From the NCBI GenBank assembly GCA_036652515.1, contig JAVVVT010000001.1, positions 1 through 57,531 on the forward strand: a stretch of 57,531 bases of DNA, read 5' to 3'. A model generated the notes under the pieces. The model had not been told where the DNA came from. It ran no database searches and saw only the letters and a list, made by a program, of their open reading frames with translations. The translations under genes and the position numbers were made by a program. The DNA is from Oscillospiraceae bacterium. Its GTDB lineage: Bacteria > Bacillota > Clostridia > Oscillospirales > Ruminococcaceae. Below are positions 38,167 through 46,664 of the stretch, one piece after another (within the stretch, counting starts at the first letter, position 1; each line of letters starts with the position of its first letter).

Positions 38167-38440
38167 AAAGAGCCTTTGTGGTGGATAAGTTTATCAGAGA
38201 TTTGTGTCTGGGCTGAAAGCACAATTAAACTAAAACCATATGAGAACACTCTTTGCTGCCAATCACAGAGAGCCGTGTCCTGCTGAAATCACGGTTTGGC
38301 GCACCATTCGTGACTTTTTACCCGGAAAATCAAATATTTAAAGTGGATGTATTTTACATCAATACGGGTGGCACCGCGGGTTATTTTTCAACAACTCGTC
38401 CCGAAAATTTCAATGAGATTTTCGGGACTTTTATTTTTTT
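38167..38440 (+). promoter_or_regulatory. T-box riboswitch leader upstream of aspS
   Basis: AGAGA bulge and GCUGAAA distal-loop motifs are present twice. A Stem III hairpin GAUGUA-UUU-UACAUC. The canonical T-box sequence AAUACGGGUGGCACCGCGGG at 38361-38380. Terminator GUCCCGAAAAU...AUUUUCGGGAC plus UUUUAUUUUUUU at 38398-38440. Confidence 0.88.
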
Positions 38441-38455
38441 AAGGGGGATTATAGT

Positions 38456-40189
38456 ATGCTAAGAACACATAACTGTAACGAAATCCGTCCGAGTAATATC
38501 GGGCAAACCGTCCGTGTAAGCGGCTGGGTCAACACTATCCGTGACCACGGCGGTGTTATTTTTATTGACCTGCGTGACCATTTTGGTTTGACACAGGTGG
38601 TTTTTCACGATGAGAGCCTGATGAAGGGCGTGAACCGTGAAACTGTCATCAGCGCAACAGGCGTGGTGGTGGCGAGGGAAGACGATGCCATAAATCCTAA
38701 ATTGGACACAGGTGCAATAGAAATCCACGCTGATTCCATTGAGATTTTAGGTCCGTGCAAAAATATGCTGCCCTTTGAAATCGAATCTTCAAAGTCCACA
38801 AGAGAAGATGTGAGATTAAAATATCGCTATTTGGACCTTAGAAATCCGGAAATTCATTCAAATATTATGTTCCGCTCAAAGGTCATCAGCTATCTGCGCC
38901 GTCAGATGGAGGATTTAGGCTTTACAGAGTTTCAAACCCCTATCTTGACCTCCTCATCTCCCGAGGGCGCTCGTGACTACCTTGTCCCCAGCCGTAAGCA
39001 CGAGGGCGAATTTTACGCACTTCCCCAGAGCCCACAGCAGTTTAAACAGCTGTTAATGGTCTCGGGATTTGATAAGTATTTCCAGATTGCCCCCTGTTTT
39101 CGTGATGAAGACGCCCGTGGAGACCGCAGTCCCGGAGAATTTTATCAATTAGACTTTGAGATGGCTTTTGCCGAGCAAGAGGACGTTTTTGCAGTGGGCG
39201 AGCAGGTGCTTTACAACACCTTCAAAACTTTCTCCAAAAAAGAGGTTTCCCCGGCTCCCTTCAGACGGATAACTTACGCCGACGCAATGCTCCACTACGG
39301 CTCCGACAAGCCCGACCTTAGAAACCCCTTGTTAATTCAGGACTTGACAGACTTTTTTGCCAATGTAAACTTTCCTGTTTTCAAGGGCAAGCCCGTGCGT
39401 GGAATAGTCGCCCCCTGTGCAAACAAGACCAAGAGCTTTTTTGAAGCTTCCCTGTCTTTTGCCACCTCTATTGGAATGAAAGGGCTGGGATATCTCACCT
39501 ACAAAGAGGGGGCTTTCAAAGGCCCTATCGATAAATTCTTGTCTGAAGAACAGCGCAGTGAGCTTATTTCAAGCACTCATATGGTGGACGGAGACACTAT
39601 TTTCTTTATCAGCGACTCAAAGAGCGTGGTGGACACCCTTTCAGGTGGAATACGCAGGTGGCTGGGAGAAAACCTTGATTTGATAAGCAAAGACCGATTT
39701 GAATTTTGCTATGTGGTGGACTTCCCCATGTACGAATTAAATCCCGACACCCATAAAATCGACTTCACCCACAACCCCTTCTCTATGCCACAGGGCGGTC
39801 TTGAGGCGCTTAACACTATGGACCCCTTGGACATTTTTGCCTATCAATATGACATCGTCTGCAACGGCGTGGAGCTTTCCAGTGGCGCTGTAAGAAACCA
39901 CAATCCCGAAATTATGCGCAAAGCCTTTGCAATAGCAGGTTATGGCGAGGAGACTTTGGAGCAGAAATTCGGCGCACTCTACACGGCGTTCCAGTACGGC
40001 GCACCACCCCACGCAGGAATGGCTCCGGGAATTGACAGAATGGTTATGCTTTTGGCTGAAGAGGACACAATCCGTGACGTCATCGCTTTCCCACTTAACG
40101 GCGCAGCCCAAGACCTTATGATGGGCGCCCCAAGCACCGTCACCGAGGAACAATTGAGAGATGTCCATATCCGAGTGAGAGAGGTTTAG
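38456..40189 (+). CDS. aspS: Aspartyl-tRNA synthetase (bacterial type)
   Basis: 577 aa. N-terminal OB fold, class II motif 2 region FRDEDARGDRSPGEFYQLD, and motif 3 GMAPGIDRMVMLL. Confidence 0.95.
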   Translation: MLRTHNCNEIRPSNIGQTVRVSGWVNTIRDHGGVIFIDLRDHFGLTQVVFHDESLMKGVNRETVISATGVVVAREDDAINPKLDTGAIEIHADSIEILGPCKNMLPFEIESSKSTREDVRLKYRYLDLRNPEIHSNIMFRSKVISYLRRQMEDLGFTEFQTPILTSSSPEGARDYLVPSRKHEGEFYALPQSPQQFKQLLMVSGFDKYFQIAPCFRDEDARGDRSPGEFYQLDFEMAFAEQEDVFAVGEQVLYNTFKTFSKKEVSPAPFRRITYADAMLHYGSDKPDLRNPLLIQDLTDFFANVNFPVFKGKPVRGIVAPCANKTKSFFEASLSFATSIGMKGLGYLTYKEGAFKGPIDKFLSEEQRSELISSTHMVDGDTIFFISDSKSVVDTLSGGIRRWLGENLDLISKDRFEFCYVVDFPMYELNPDTHKIDFTHNPFSMPQGGLEALNTMDPLDIFAYQYDIVCNGVELSSGAVRNHNPEIMRKAFAIAGYGEETLEQKFGALYTAFQYGAPPHAGMAPGIDRMVMLLAEEDTIRDVIAFPLNGAAQDLMMGAPSTVTEEQLRDVHIRVREV

Positions 40190-40365
40190 GCGTTTATCAA
40201 AGGGTGGTTATATGGATTTATGATTTATAATCTTAAAAGTAGTGAAAACCACAAGATAGTAACAAGATAATAAGCTGAATAATAGGCTGTTATACTGGGG
40301 TTTAAAAGCCTAAAATAGAATACTCTTTAACTTTATTTTGCTAATCTTTTAAAGGATATTCTTGT

Positions 40366-40625
40366 CCCTTGCTTTGCCTTACACAAAGCGAAATATGATT
40401 TATCAAAATTTCTATCATCTATCAAGACAATGAATTTTATCCACACAATATTCCTAATGCGTTCAGCTCTTCACTTATATATTAACAAAGCGAAAACTCG
40501 TCGAGATTTAACTTTCGACGAGTTTTTTTGTTTAAGTATATTGGGAATTTGTAAGTTTAAATAAACCACCTTTTAATTTTTACCTATTTAATATTTAAAA
40601 AAATATCTTCACCCTTGCTTTGCCT
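40366..40625. repeat. Dispersed direct repeat: a copy of the ispE 3' end lies 246 bp downstream of the real one
   Basis: The exact 14-mer CCCTTGCTTTGCCT occurs at 40366-40379 and 40612-40625. The latter encodes the last codons of ispE. The left flanks are similar (ATATTCTTGT vs ATATCTTCAC). Confidence 0.7.
40497..40529. terminator. Bidirectional intrinsic terminator between the convergent aspS and ispE
   Basis: AAAA-CTCGTCGA...TCGACGAG-TTTTTTT. Confidence 0.75.
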
Positions 40626-41490
40626 CTCGCACCACTGCGCCTACCTCTAAAGGACGGGCGACAAAGACGCTTTTCACCTGTGTTTTAAGGACTTTCGCCG
40701 CCGCTCTCGCCGATTTTTCGTCTTCAAAAATTCCAAAAATCGCCGAGCCGCTGCCTGTCATAACGCTGCCCAGCGCCCCCTCTTCCACCAGCTTTTGCTT
40801 TATTGGCAGAGTGTCTTGACTTTGCGCCGCACGCTCCAAAGCGTTACCCAAAAAGCCCGATATCTCTTTTAAATCCTTTTTTTCAATGGCTGCTATCAGT
40901 TTTTCGGTCTCCACCACAGGTTTTTCCCCCAAGGTGTCAAAATTTGCAAAGGCGGTGGGGGTTGAAACCCCACGGGAGGGCATACAGATGACTATCCAGC
41001 ACTGGGGCAAGGCGGGGGCAGGCAAGATTATATCCCCTGTGCCCTGCACACGTTTTGTCCCCCCGACTATCATAAAAGGCACGTCGCTGCCTGCTTGTAA
41101 ACCGATTTCACAGAGTTGCTCTGTGTCAAGACCCACGCCGTACATACGGTTTAAGCCCACAATAACCCCTGCTGCATCGGCAGAGCCCCCTGCCATACCT
41201 GCTTTTATAGGGACAGTTTTCACTATATGAATATGTACGCCGCCCTGTATTTTTGTGTACTGGAAAAACTTCATCGCCGCCTTTACCGCCACGTTCCGCT
41301 CATCGGTAGGCACATATCTTGCGTTGGAGGAGATGGTTATTCCCCTGTTTTTTTTGATGAGGGTCACCTTTTCAAACACCGACACCGACTGCATAACCAT
41401 ATCTAAAAGATGATATCCTTTTTCGTCCACGCCTGTTATGTCAAGGCTTAAATTTATCTTTGCCGGCGCCAGCACGGTGAGCTTATCCAT
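40609..41490 (-). CDS. ispE: 4-diphosphocytidyl-2-C-methyl-D-erythritol kinase
   Basis: APAKINLSLDI N-terminus and the GHMP kinase motif PIKAGMAGGSADAAG. Start placed at ATG 41488-41490 after GGGGGA. Confidence 0.9.
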   Translation of the reverse strand: MDKLTVLAPAKINLSLDITGVDEKGYHLLDMVMQSVSVFEKVTLIKKNRGITISSNARYVPTDERNVAVKAAMKFFQYTKIQGGVHIHIVKTVPIKAGMAGGSADAAGVIVGLNRMYGVGLDTEQLCEIGLQAGSDVPFMIVGGTKRVQGTGDIILPAPALPQCWIVICMPSRGVSTPTAFANFDTLGEKPVVETEKLIAAIEKKDLKEISGFLGNALERAAQSQDTLPIKQKLVEEGALGSVMTGSGSAIFGIFEDEKSARAAAKVLKTQVKSVFVARPLEVGAVVREAKQG

Positions 41491-41543
41491 TTTATCCCCC
41501 ATTTATCAAGGGGCAAAGCCCCATAATTTATTTTTATTTTTTG

Positions 41544-41742
41544 TAACCTAAACCAAAAAGTCCCTATCCAGCCCTAACTTTTATCCTAAATCTTTGACTA
41601 AATAATTTATCGACGAAACCGCTTGCCTTAGATATTAGATATTGATTATAACCTAAAACAAAAATCCCCTAATCAGCCCTAACTTTTATCCTAAATCTTT
41701 AACTAAAATAATTTATCGACAAAACCCCTTGCCTTAAATATT
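41544..41742. repeat. 105-bp tandem duplication (2 copies) that includes the stop and last codons of the DUF362 gene
   Basis: Copies at 41544-41636 and 41649-41742. A 27-nt exact block CAGCCCTAACTTTTATCCTAAATCTTT occurs at 41569 and 41674, with roughly 90 percent identity overall by eye. Confidence 0.9.
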
Positions 41743-42879
41743 GAAAAAACTGCTGTGTTTTACCGCTATGGCTTTCACCGGGCACATCTCGTGACAGCAA
41801 AAGCATCTAATACAGTTTACAAGCTCTATATTTGCCTTGCCGTCCTTTATGGTGATGACTTTTTGCGGACAGATATCTCGGCATCTTCCACAGCCCACGC
41901 ACAAGTTTTTGATTATTTTCGGTCTTGGGGCAATCATTTTTTCTATTGCAGGGGTCGCCCAGCTTATGGCACGAGGCAGTCTCTCTTTAAAATCAAGGCT
42001 GTAAGATGAGGGCAGGACAAAATTATCAATCTTTTTGTACAGCCACACATCGCCTATTACAGTGCCCTCGGGCATCTCCTTTGGCACCAAGTCACGCTTT
42101 ATGGCGCAGCGCATAACAGGCACTTCTCTCGCCTCAAAGCCCATCATATGGCAGATTGCCAGGTCGATTAGATATGGGTTTGTCCCAGCCATAAGAAAGC
42201 CTAACTTTCTCACAGTGCCACCTGAGGGACCGTCTCCCTCCATTCCCTCAATGCCATCGATTATGGTAAAAGTGGGTTTTACCACCTGACACAAATCTAT
42301 GAGCATATTGGCAAAATTGTCCTTGTCGGGGAAACGCATATGGAACTCCGCCTTTTTAAGCCCGGGGATAACTCCAAACAGGTTTTTCACCGCTCCGGAC
42401 ATACCCGTCATAACGTGAGTTTTAAATTTCCCCAAATTTATTATCACATCGCTGTCAAAGACAGGCTGGATAACTTCAAACTCTTTCACCATAACCCCGT
42501 CGGTCTTTACCACCCTGCTTTTAAGCTTGGTGTACAGGGGGACGTTTTGATTTTCGGCTATGAGAGAAAACCCGCAGGTGTTGTAATTCCCCTGCAAAAT
42601 ACTTGAGTTGCTAGGACCGCCGCTGGAGTCGGCGATGAGCATATTTTCCGCCTTGACCCCGAACTCCTTGAGCACGGCAATCACGCTGTCCAATACCGCC
42701 GGATTGGTGGTCACCGCCTTGTCGGGGGTCTGCCTTGAGAGCATATTGGGCTTCAAAAGCACCTTGGTATTCTCATTTACAATATTGTTTATTCTCTGCT
42801 GCAACATAATCTCCTTGACCGAGGTGTAGACGGTCATAGGGTCATAGCTGTCTGTTTGCTTGATGATAACTTTGCACAT
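41734..42879 (-). CDS. DUF362 domain protein with C-terminal 2x[4Fe-4S] ferredoxin domain
   Basis: 381 aa. The C-terminus has CVGCGRCRDICP and CIRCFCCHEMCP ferredoxin motifs. The N-terminal 300 aa are DUF362-like. Confidence 0.75.
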   Translation of the reverse strand: MCKVIIKQTDSYDPMTVYTSVKEIMLQQRINNIVNENTKVLLKPNMLSRQTPDKAVTTNPAVLDSVIAVLKEFGVKAENMLIADSSGGPSNSSILQGNYNTCGFSLIAENQNVPLYTKLKSRVVKTDGVMVKEFEVIQPVFDSDVIINLGKFKTHVMTGMSGAVKNLFGVIPGLKKAEFHMRFPDKDNFANMLIDLCQVVKPTFTIIDGIEGMEGDGPSGGTVRKLGFLMAGTNPYLIDLAICHMMGFEAREVPVMRCAIKRDLVPKEMPEGTVIGDVWLYKKIDNFVLPSSYSLDFKERLPRAISWATPAIEKMIAPRPKIIKNLCVGCGRCRDICPQKVITIKDGKANIELVNCIRCFCCHEMCPVKAIAVKHSSFFNI

Positions 42880-42898
42880 ATTTTATTGCCTCTCCTTT

Positions 42899-44065
42899 TT
42901 ACAGGGACTTCAAAAATGCGTCTATCCTCTTGGTGCCTTCCATCAAATGGTCAAGTGAATAGGAATATGATATCCTTACAAAACCTTCTCCCGCCTTGCC
43001 AAAAGCGATGCCGGGAATGACTACAACTCGACTTTCCTGCATAAGTCTCTCACAAAATTCTAAACTGGAAAGACCTGTGGAACGTATGTCCGCAAAGACG
43101 TAAAATGCCCCCCTTGCGTTGTAACATTCAAGACCTATGCTATTCAATTCATTTATCAAAAACCGCCTGCGCATATCGTATTGACGGCGCATCATCTCTA
43201 TCTCTTCATCACACTCGTTCATCGCCACAATGGCGGCGTACTGGCTGGTGGTGGGTGCCGAGATGATTGCCACGGCGTGTAGGGACGCCATATAGTCTAT
43301 AATTTCTTTGGGGCCGCAAGCGTAGCCCAAGCGCCAGCCTGTCATAGCGTAAGCCTTTGAAAATCCGTTGATTATCACGGTGCGCTCCTTCATTCCGGGT
43401 ATGGAGGCAAAGGAGACGTGGTGATATTCTCCATAGGTCAGCTCGGCGTAAATCTCGTCGGTCATAACAAAAATGTCCGTGTCTTTTATCACATCGGCAA
43501 TCTCCAAAAGGTCGTCCTCCTCCATTATAGCCCCTGTGGGGTTGGCTGGAAAAGGCAGCACCAAAATCTTGGTTTTATCTGTTATAGCCGCTTTGAGCTG
43601 GCTTGCCGTAAGGCGAAAATCGTCCTGGGATTTTGTCTCAATCTCCACCACCTTAGCTCCGCAAAGCTGGGCGATAGGGTCATAGCTGATGTAGCAAGGG
43701 GTAGGCAAAATAACCTCGTCCCCCGGGTTTAACACAGTGCGAAAAAAGATGTCAATCCCCTCGCTGCCCCCCACCGTGACCATAATTTCCTCTGGGGTGT
43801 AGTCTAATTTAAACCGTCTTTTTTGGTAGGCGCATATAGCCTGTTTCAATTTTTCCATTCCGTTGCCGTCGGTGTACCAGGTCTTACCCTTTTCAAGGCT
43901 TTGTATACCCGCCTCACGGATACGCCAAGGGGTTTTAAAATCAGGCTCGCCTATGCCTAAAATGATGCAGTCTTTCATTGTGGACGCCGCCTGAAAAAAC
44001 TTTGTTGTCACAGGTGGCGGAAGCTGCCTCATCACATTATTTATCCTGTCTTGATAATTTATCAT
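42899..44065 (-). CDS. Class I/II pyridoxal-phosphate aminotransferase (aspartate/aromatic aminotransferase-like)
   Basis: 388 aa. PLP-lysine block NGFSKAYAMTGWRLGY. Has a 4-nt ATGA overlap with the upstream Lrp gene. Confidence 0.85.
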   Translation of the reverse strand: MINYQDRINNVMRQLPPPVTTKFFQAASTMKDCIILGIGEPDFKTPWRIREAGIQSLEKGKTWYTDGNGMEKLKQAICAYQKRRFKLDYTPEEIMVTVGGSEGIDIFFRTVLNPGDEVILPTPCYISYDPIAQLCGAKVVEIETKSQDDFRLTASQLKAAITDKTKILVLPFPANPTGAIMEEDDLLEIADVIKDTDIFVMTDEIYAELTYGEYHHVSFASIPGMKERTVIINGFSKAYAMTGWRLGYACGPKEIIDYMASLHAVAIISAPTTSQYAAIVAMNECDEEIEMMRRQYDMRRRFLINELNSIGLECYNARGAFYVFADIRSTGLSSLEFCERLMQESRVVVIPGIAFGKAGEGFVRISYSYSLDHLMEGTKRIDAFLKSL

Positions 44066-44544
44066 AGGGAGTTTAAGCTCCTCTCGTCCTCGTCCTCGCC
44101 CTCGTGGTAGATAATCCCCGCCTGTTTATAAGGGCGGAGAACAAAGTGGGTGGCGGTGCCGTTCACATCGTCTAAGGGCGACAATCTCTTTGCCACAAGC
44201 ATTGCGATTTCTTGAAAGCTTTTTGCCTTTATCTCCACCAGCAAGTCGTAACTTCCGCTTATGAGAGTTACCGCCTCCACCTCTTCCATCTGGGAGACAG
44301 CCTGAGCAATCTCATCAAAACCTCTGCCCTTTTTAGGGGTCACACGCAGCTCAATGAGCGCTTTTACATGGCTGTCACTGACTTTTTCCCAGTCGATTAT
44401 GGCACGATAACCCTTGATAATTCCCTTTGCTGTGCAATCGGCTATGATATTTTTGACTTCCTCTTCCTCCATATTCAGCATAACCGAAAGCTGTGCTGAA
44501 GTGAGTGTCGGGTTTCTTTCAATAAGCCTTAACAATTCTTCCAT
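44062..44544 (-). CDS. Lrp/AsnC family transcriptional regulator
   Basis: An HTH N-terminus (LLRLIERNPTLTSAQLSVMLNMEEEEV) plus a C-terminal RAM/AsnC ligand domain. Start placed at ATG 44542-44544 after GGGGGA. Confidence 0.8.
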   Translation of the reverse strand: MEELLRLIERNPTLTSAQLSVMLNMEEEEVKNIIADCTAKGIIKGYRAIIDWEKVSDSHVKALIELRVTPKKGRGFDEIAQAVSQMEEVEAVTLISGSYDLLVEIKAKSFQEIAMLVAKRLSPLDDVNGTATHFVLRPYKQAGIIYHEGEDEDERSLNSL

Positions 44545-44709
44545 ATTTCTTTTCCCCCAAAATACATCTGTTTTTGTACATAATTCATTATTATACATTG
44601 TTTTTATGAACATTTCAACGCTCTATCACTTGAAACCCACTGTAAATCTATGGTAAAATAACTATATTTAGAAAAGTAATTTTGTACAAACCAACAAAGG
44701 GGTGATTTT

Positions 44710-46392
44710 ATGTTAAAAGTTTATGCCGCAGGTATGATTAGCTACCCTATGGACATCAAAGAAAATTTTATCAGAGCGAAGAGAGAAGTGAGTTTTGCCA
44801 TAGAAAAAGGTGCGGACTTGGTGGTTTTTCCTGAAGGATTTTTGTCGGGAGTGCAATTAGGTGTGCTGAAAAACGCCCCCTATTTTCATAAGCAGTACAA
44901 CGATTTTTCAAGGCAATTATGTGAGGATTTTGCCCGAAGTGATATAGGAATTTTAGCGGATTTCATTACCACCCACGGGTTTGAAAATATATTTTACAAG
45001 AGCGGAACCGCCCTAAATGGAGAGAATTTTTCCCTTGGGGGCTTTGCCTTGCGCTCCTTTAACAGCCTTGAAGAGCTTAAACAAAACGCCTATACCCTCA
45101 ACTGCGAGGGGGTTATTTTGAATTATTCTCAGCCGGTTTTGGCTGGGGAAAGGAGCTTGCTCTTTGATTTTTTAAATGCCATAAACTCCAATACCTCCGT
45201 GGATATATTTTTGAATTTGGGCGGTCTTGGCTTCACCAGCCACCCCCACGTTTTTCTCCCCTGTGGGGGAATTTTCTCAAAGGCGGTCACTCGTATGTCC
45301 ACAACTCTGCCTGAGTTTGTGACTATGGACAGGATTTTCTTGATGGAAAAGCCCACCCACCTTTTAAAAAACAACCCTTATCTTCTGCCTGAACTAACTT
45401 TTAAGCCGGCTTTCAATCAAAATCCACTTCTGCCAAAAGAGGTTGATGAAGAGGTATACTGCCTTGATTTGTTCCACCTACAAGGGGTGGCGCTCTCCTC
45501 AAGACTGGCAAATATCGGCTGTAAAACGGCGGTGGTGGCGCTTTCAGGTGGGCTGGACAGCGCACTCGCCCTCTTGGTCACCCTAAACGCCTTTGACATT
45601 TTAGGTATGGATAAAAGCGGAATAAAACCCGTCTCCATGCCGGGGTTTGGCACCTCTCACACCACCAAAAACTTGGCGGAGGAGCTCGCCCTTGCCTCAC
45701 AGCTTGAATACAGGGTGATAGATATCACCGCCTGCGCCCACCGTGCCTTAATAGATATCGGTCACGACGGCTTCACCCCAGATGTGACTTACGAAAATGT
45801 GCAAGCGAGAATGAGGACGCTGAACGCCTTGAATTTAGCCAACTCCTTAGGGGGAATAATGGTGGGAACAGGCGACTTGAGCGAGGAGGCGCTGGGCTTT
45901 TCCACCTACGGCGGAGACCATTTGGCAAGCTACAACGTGAACAGCAGCCTGTCCAAAACCATCATTCGCACAATGCTGCCCTATGTGGTTAAGTTGCCAC
46001 AATTCGCCCCTTTTGCACAGGTGATAGACAAGATTTTAAATATCCCCGTCAGCCCGGAATTAGTCCCTCACGGGGGAGAAATTCTCCAAAAAACCGAGGA
46101 GATTTTAGCTCCCTACAAGCTGATAGATTTTTTTATCTACTGCTTTGTCATAGCAAAACTTTCCCCTATTGAGATGGCGCAAAGGGCGTCCTGCGTGTTT
46201 GAGGGGGAGTTTTCCTCGGAGTATTTAAGACAAAAGGCCCAGATGTTTTGCCGTCGATTTATCCAAGGGCAGTTTAAGCGCTCCTCCTCTCCCGAGGGCG
46301 CAGCCCTCACCCACCTCAGCCTGAACACAGAGGATAAAAGCCTACCCAGCGACTGTAAAATGGGTGTTTTCAATTATTATTTTGGCGAATAG
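44710..46392 (+). CDS. nadE: NAD+ synthase (NadE) with N-terminal CN-hydrolase-like domain
   Basis: 560 aa. PP-loop VVALSGGLDSALAL, an N-terminal nitrilase-like domain (LVVFPEGF), and the conserved C-terminal FKRSSSPEG...LPSD block. Confidence 0.85.
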   Translation: MLKVYAAGMISYPMDIKENFIRAKREVSFAIEKGADLVVFPEGFLSGVQLGVLKNAPYFHKQYNDFSRQLCEDFARSDIGILADFITTHGFENIFYKSGTALNGENFSLGGFALRSFNSLEELKQNAYTLNCEGVILNYSQPVLAGERSLLFDFLNAINSNTSVDIFLNLGGLGFTSHPHVFLPCGGIFSKAVTRMSTTLPEFVTMDRIFLMEKPTHLLKNNPYLLPELTFKPAFNQNPLLPKEVDEEVYCLDLFHLQGVALSSRLANIGCKTAVVALSGGLDSALALLVTLNAFDILGMDKSGIKPVSMPGFGTSHTTKNLAEELALASQLEYRVIDITACAHRALIDIGHDGFTPDVTYENVQARMRTLNALNLANSLGGIMVGTGDLSEEALGFSTYGGDHLASYNVNSSLSKTIIRTMLPYVVKLPQFAPFAQVIDKILNIPVSPELVPHGGEILQKTEEILAPYKLIDFFIYCFVIAKLSPIEMAQRASCVFEGEFSSEYLRQKAQMFCRRFIQGQFKRSSSPEGAALTHLSLNTEDKSLPSDCKMGVFNYYFGE

Positions 46393-46658
46393 CCAAGGAG
46401 TGAAAACGTGGGTTTTAGCTATTATTTTGGCTAATAGGCAAGCTAATATAAAACGTGGGTTTTAGCTATTATTTCAGCTCATAGCCAAGGGCTAAAAATA
46501 TTAATGGGAGACAATAAAGTTTTCAATTATTCTTTTGGCGAATAGGCAAGGAGTGAAACGTGGGTTTTAGCTATTATTTTTGGCTCATAGCCAAGGGCTA
46601 AAAATATTAATAGGAGACAATAAAGTTTTTAATTATTATTTTGGTAATATTATGGAGG
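46361..46658. repeat. Nested tandem repeats (about 46-bp base unit, 106-bp higher-order unit) derived from the last 10 codons of nadE, filling the whole spacer
   Basis: AAACGTGGGTTTTAGCTATTATTT occurs exactly at 46404, 46451 and 46556. The 46-nt block CTCATAGCCAAGGGCTAAAAATATTAAT(G/A)GGAGACAATAAAGTTTT occurs at 46478 and 46584 with one mismatch. Confidence 0.92.
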
Positions 46659-46664
46659 TATTTT

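Noticed and set aside
40437-40445. Perfect DnaA box TTATCCACA in the long aspS-ispE spacer (8/9 matches also occur at 38181-38189 and 25683-25691)
   Set aside because: These are single isolated boxes with no cluster, no AT-rich unwinding element arrangement, and no dnaA/dnaN context. They are expected by chance in 57 kb.
44710-45450. Possibly inactive glutaminase (CN-hydrolase) domain in NadE
   Set aside because: I can see the FPE Glu context but could not confidently locate or exclude the catalytic Lys and Cys by eye. This needs an alignment, so no claim is made.
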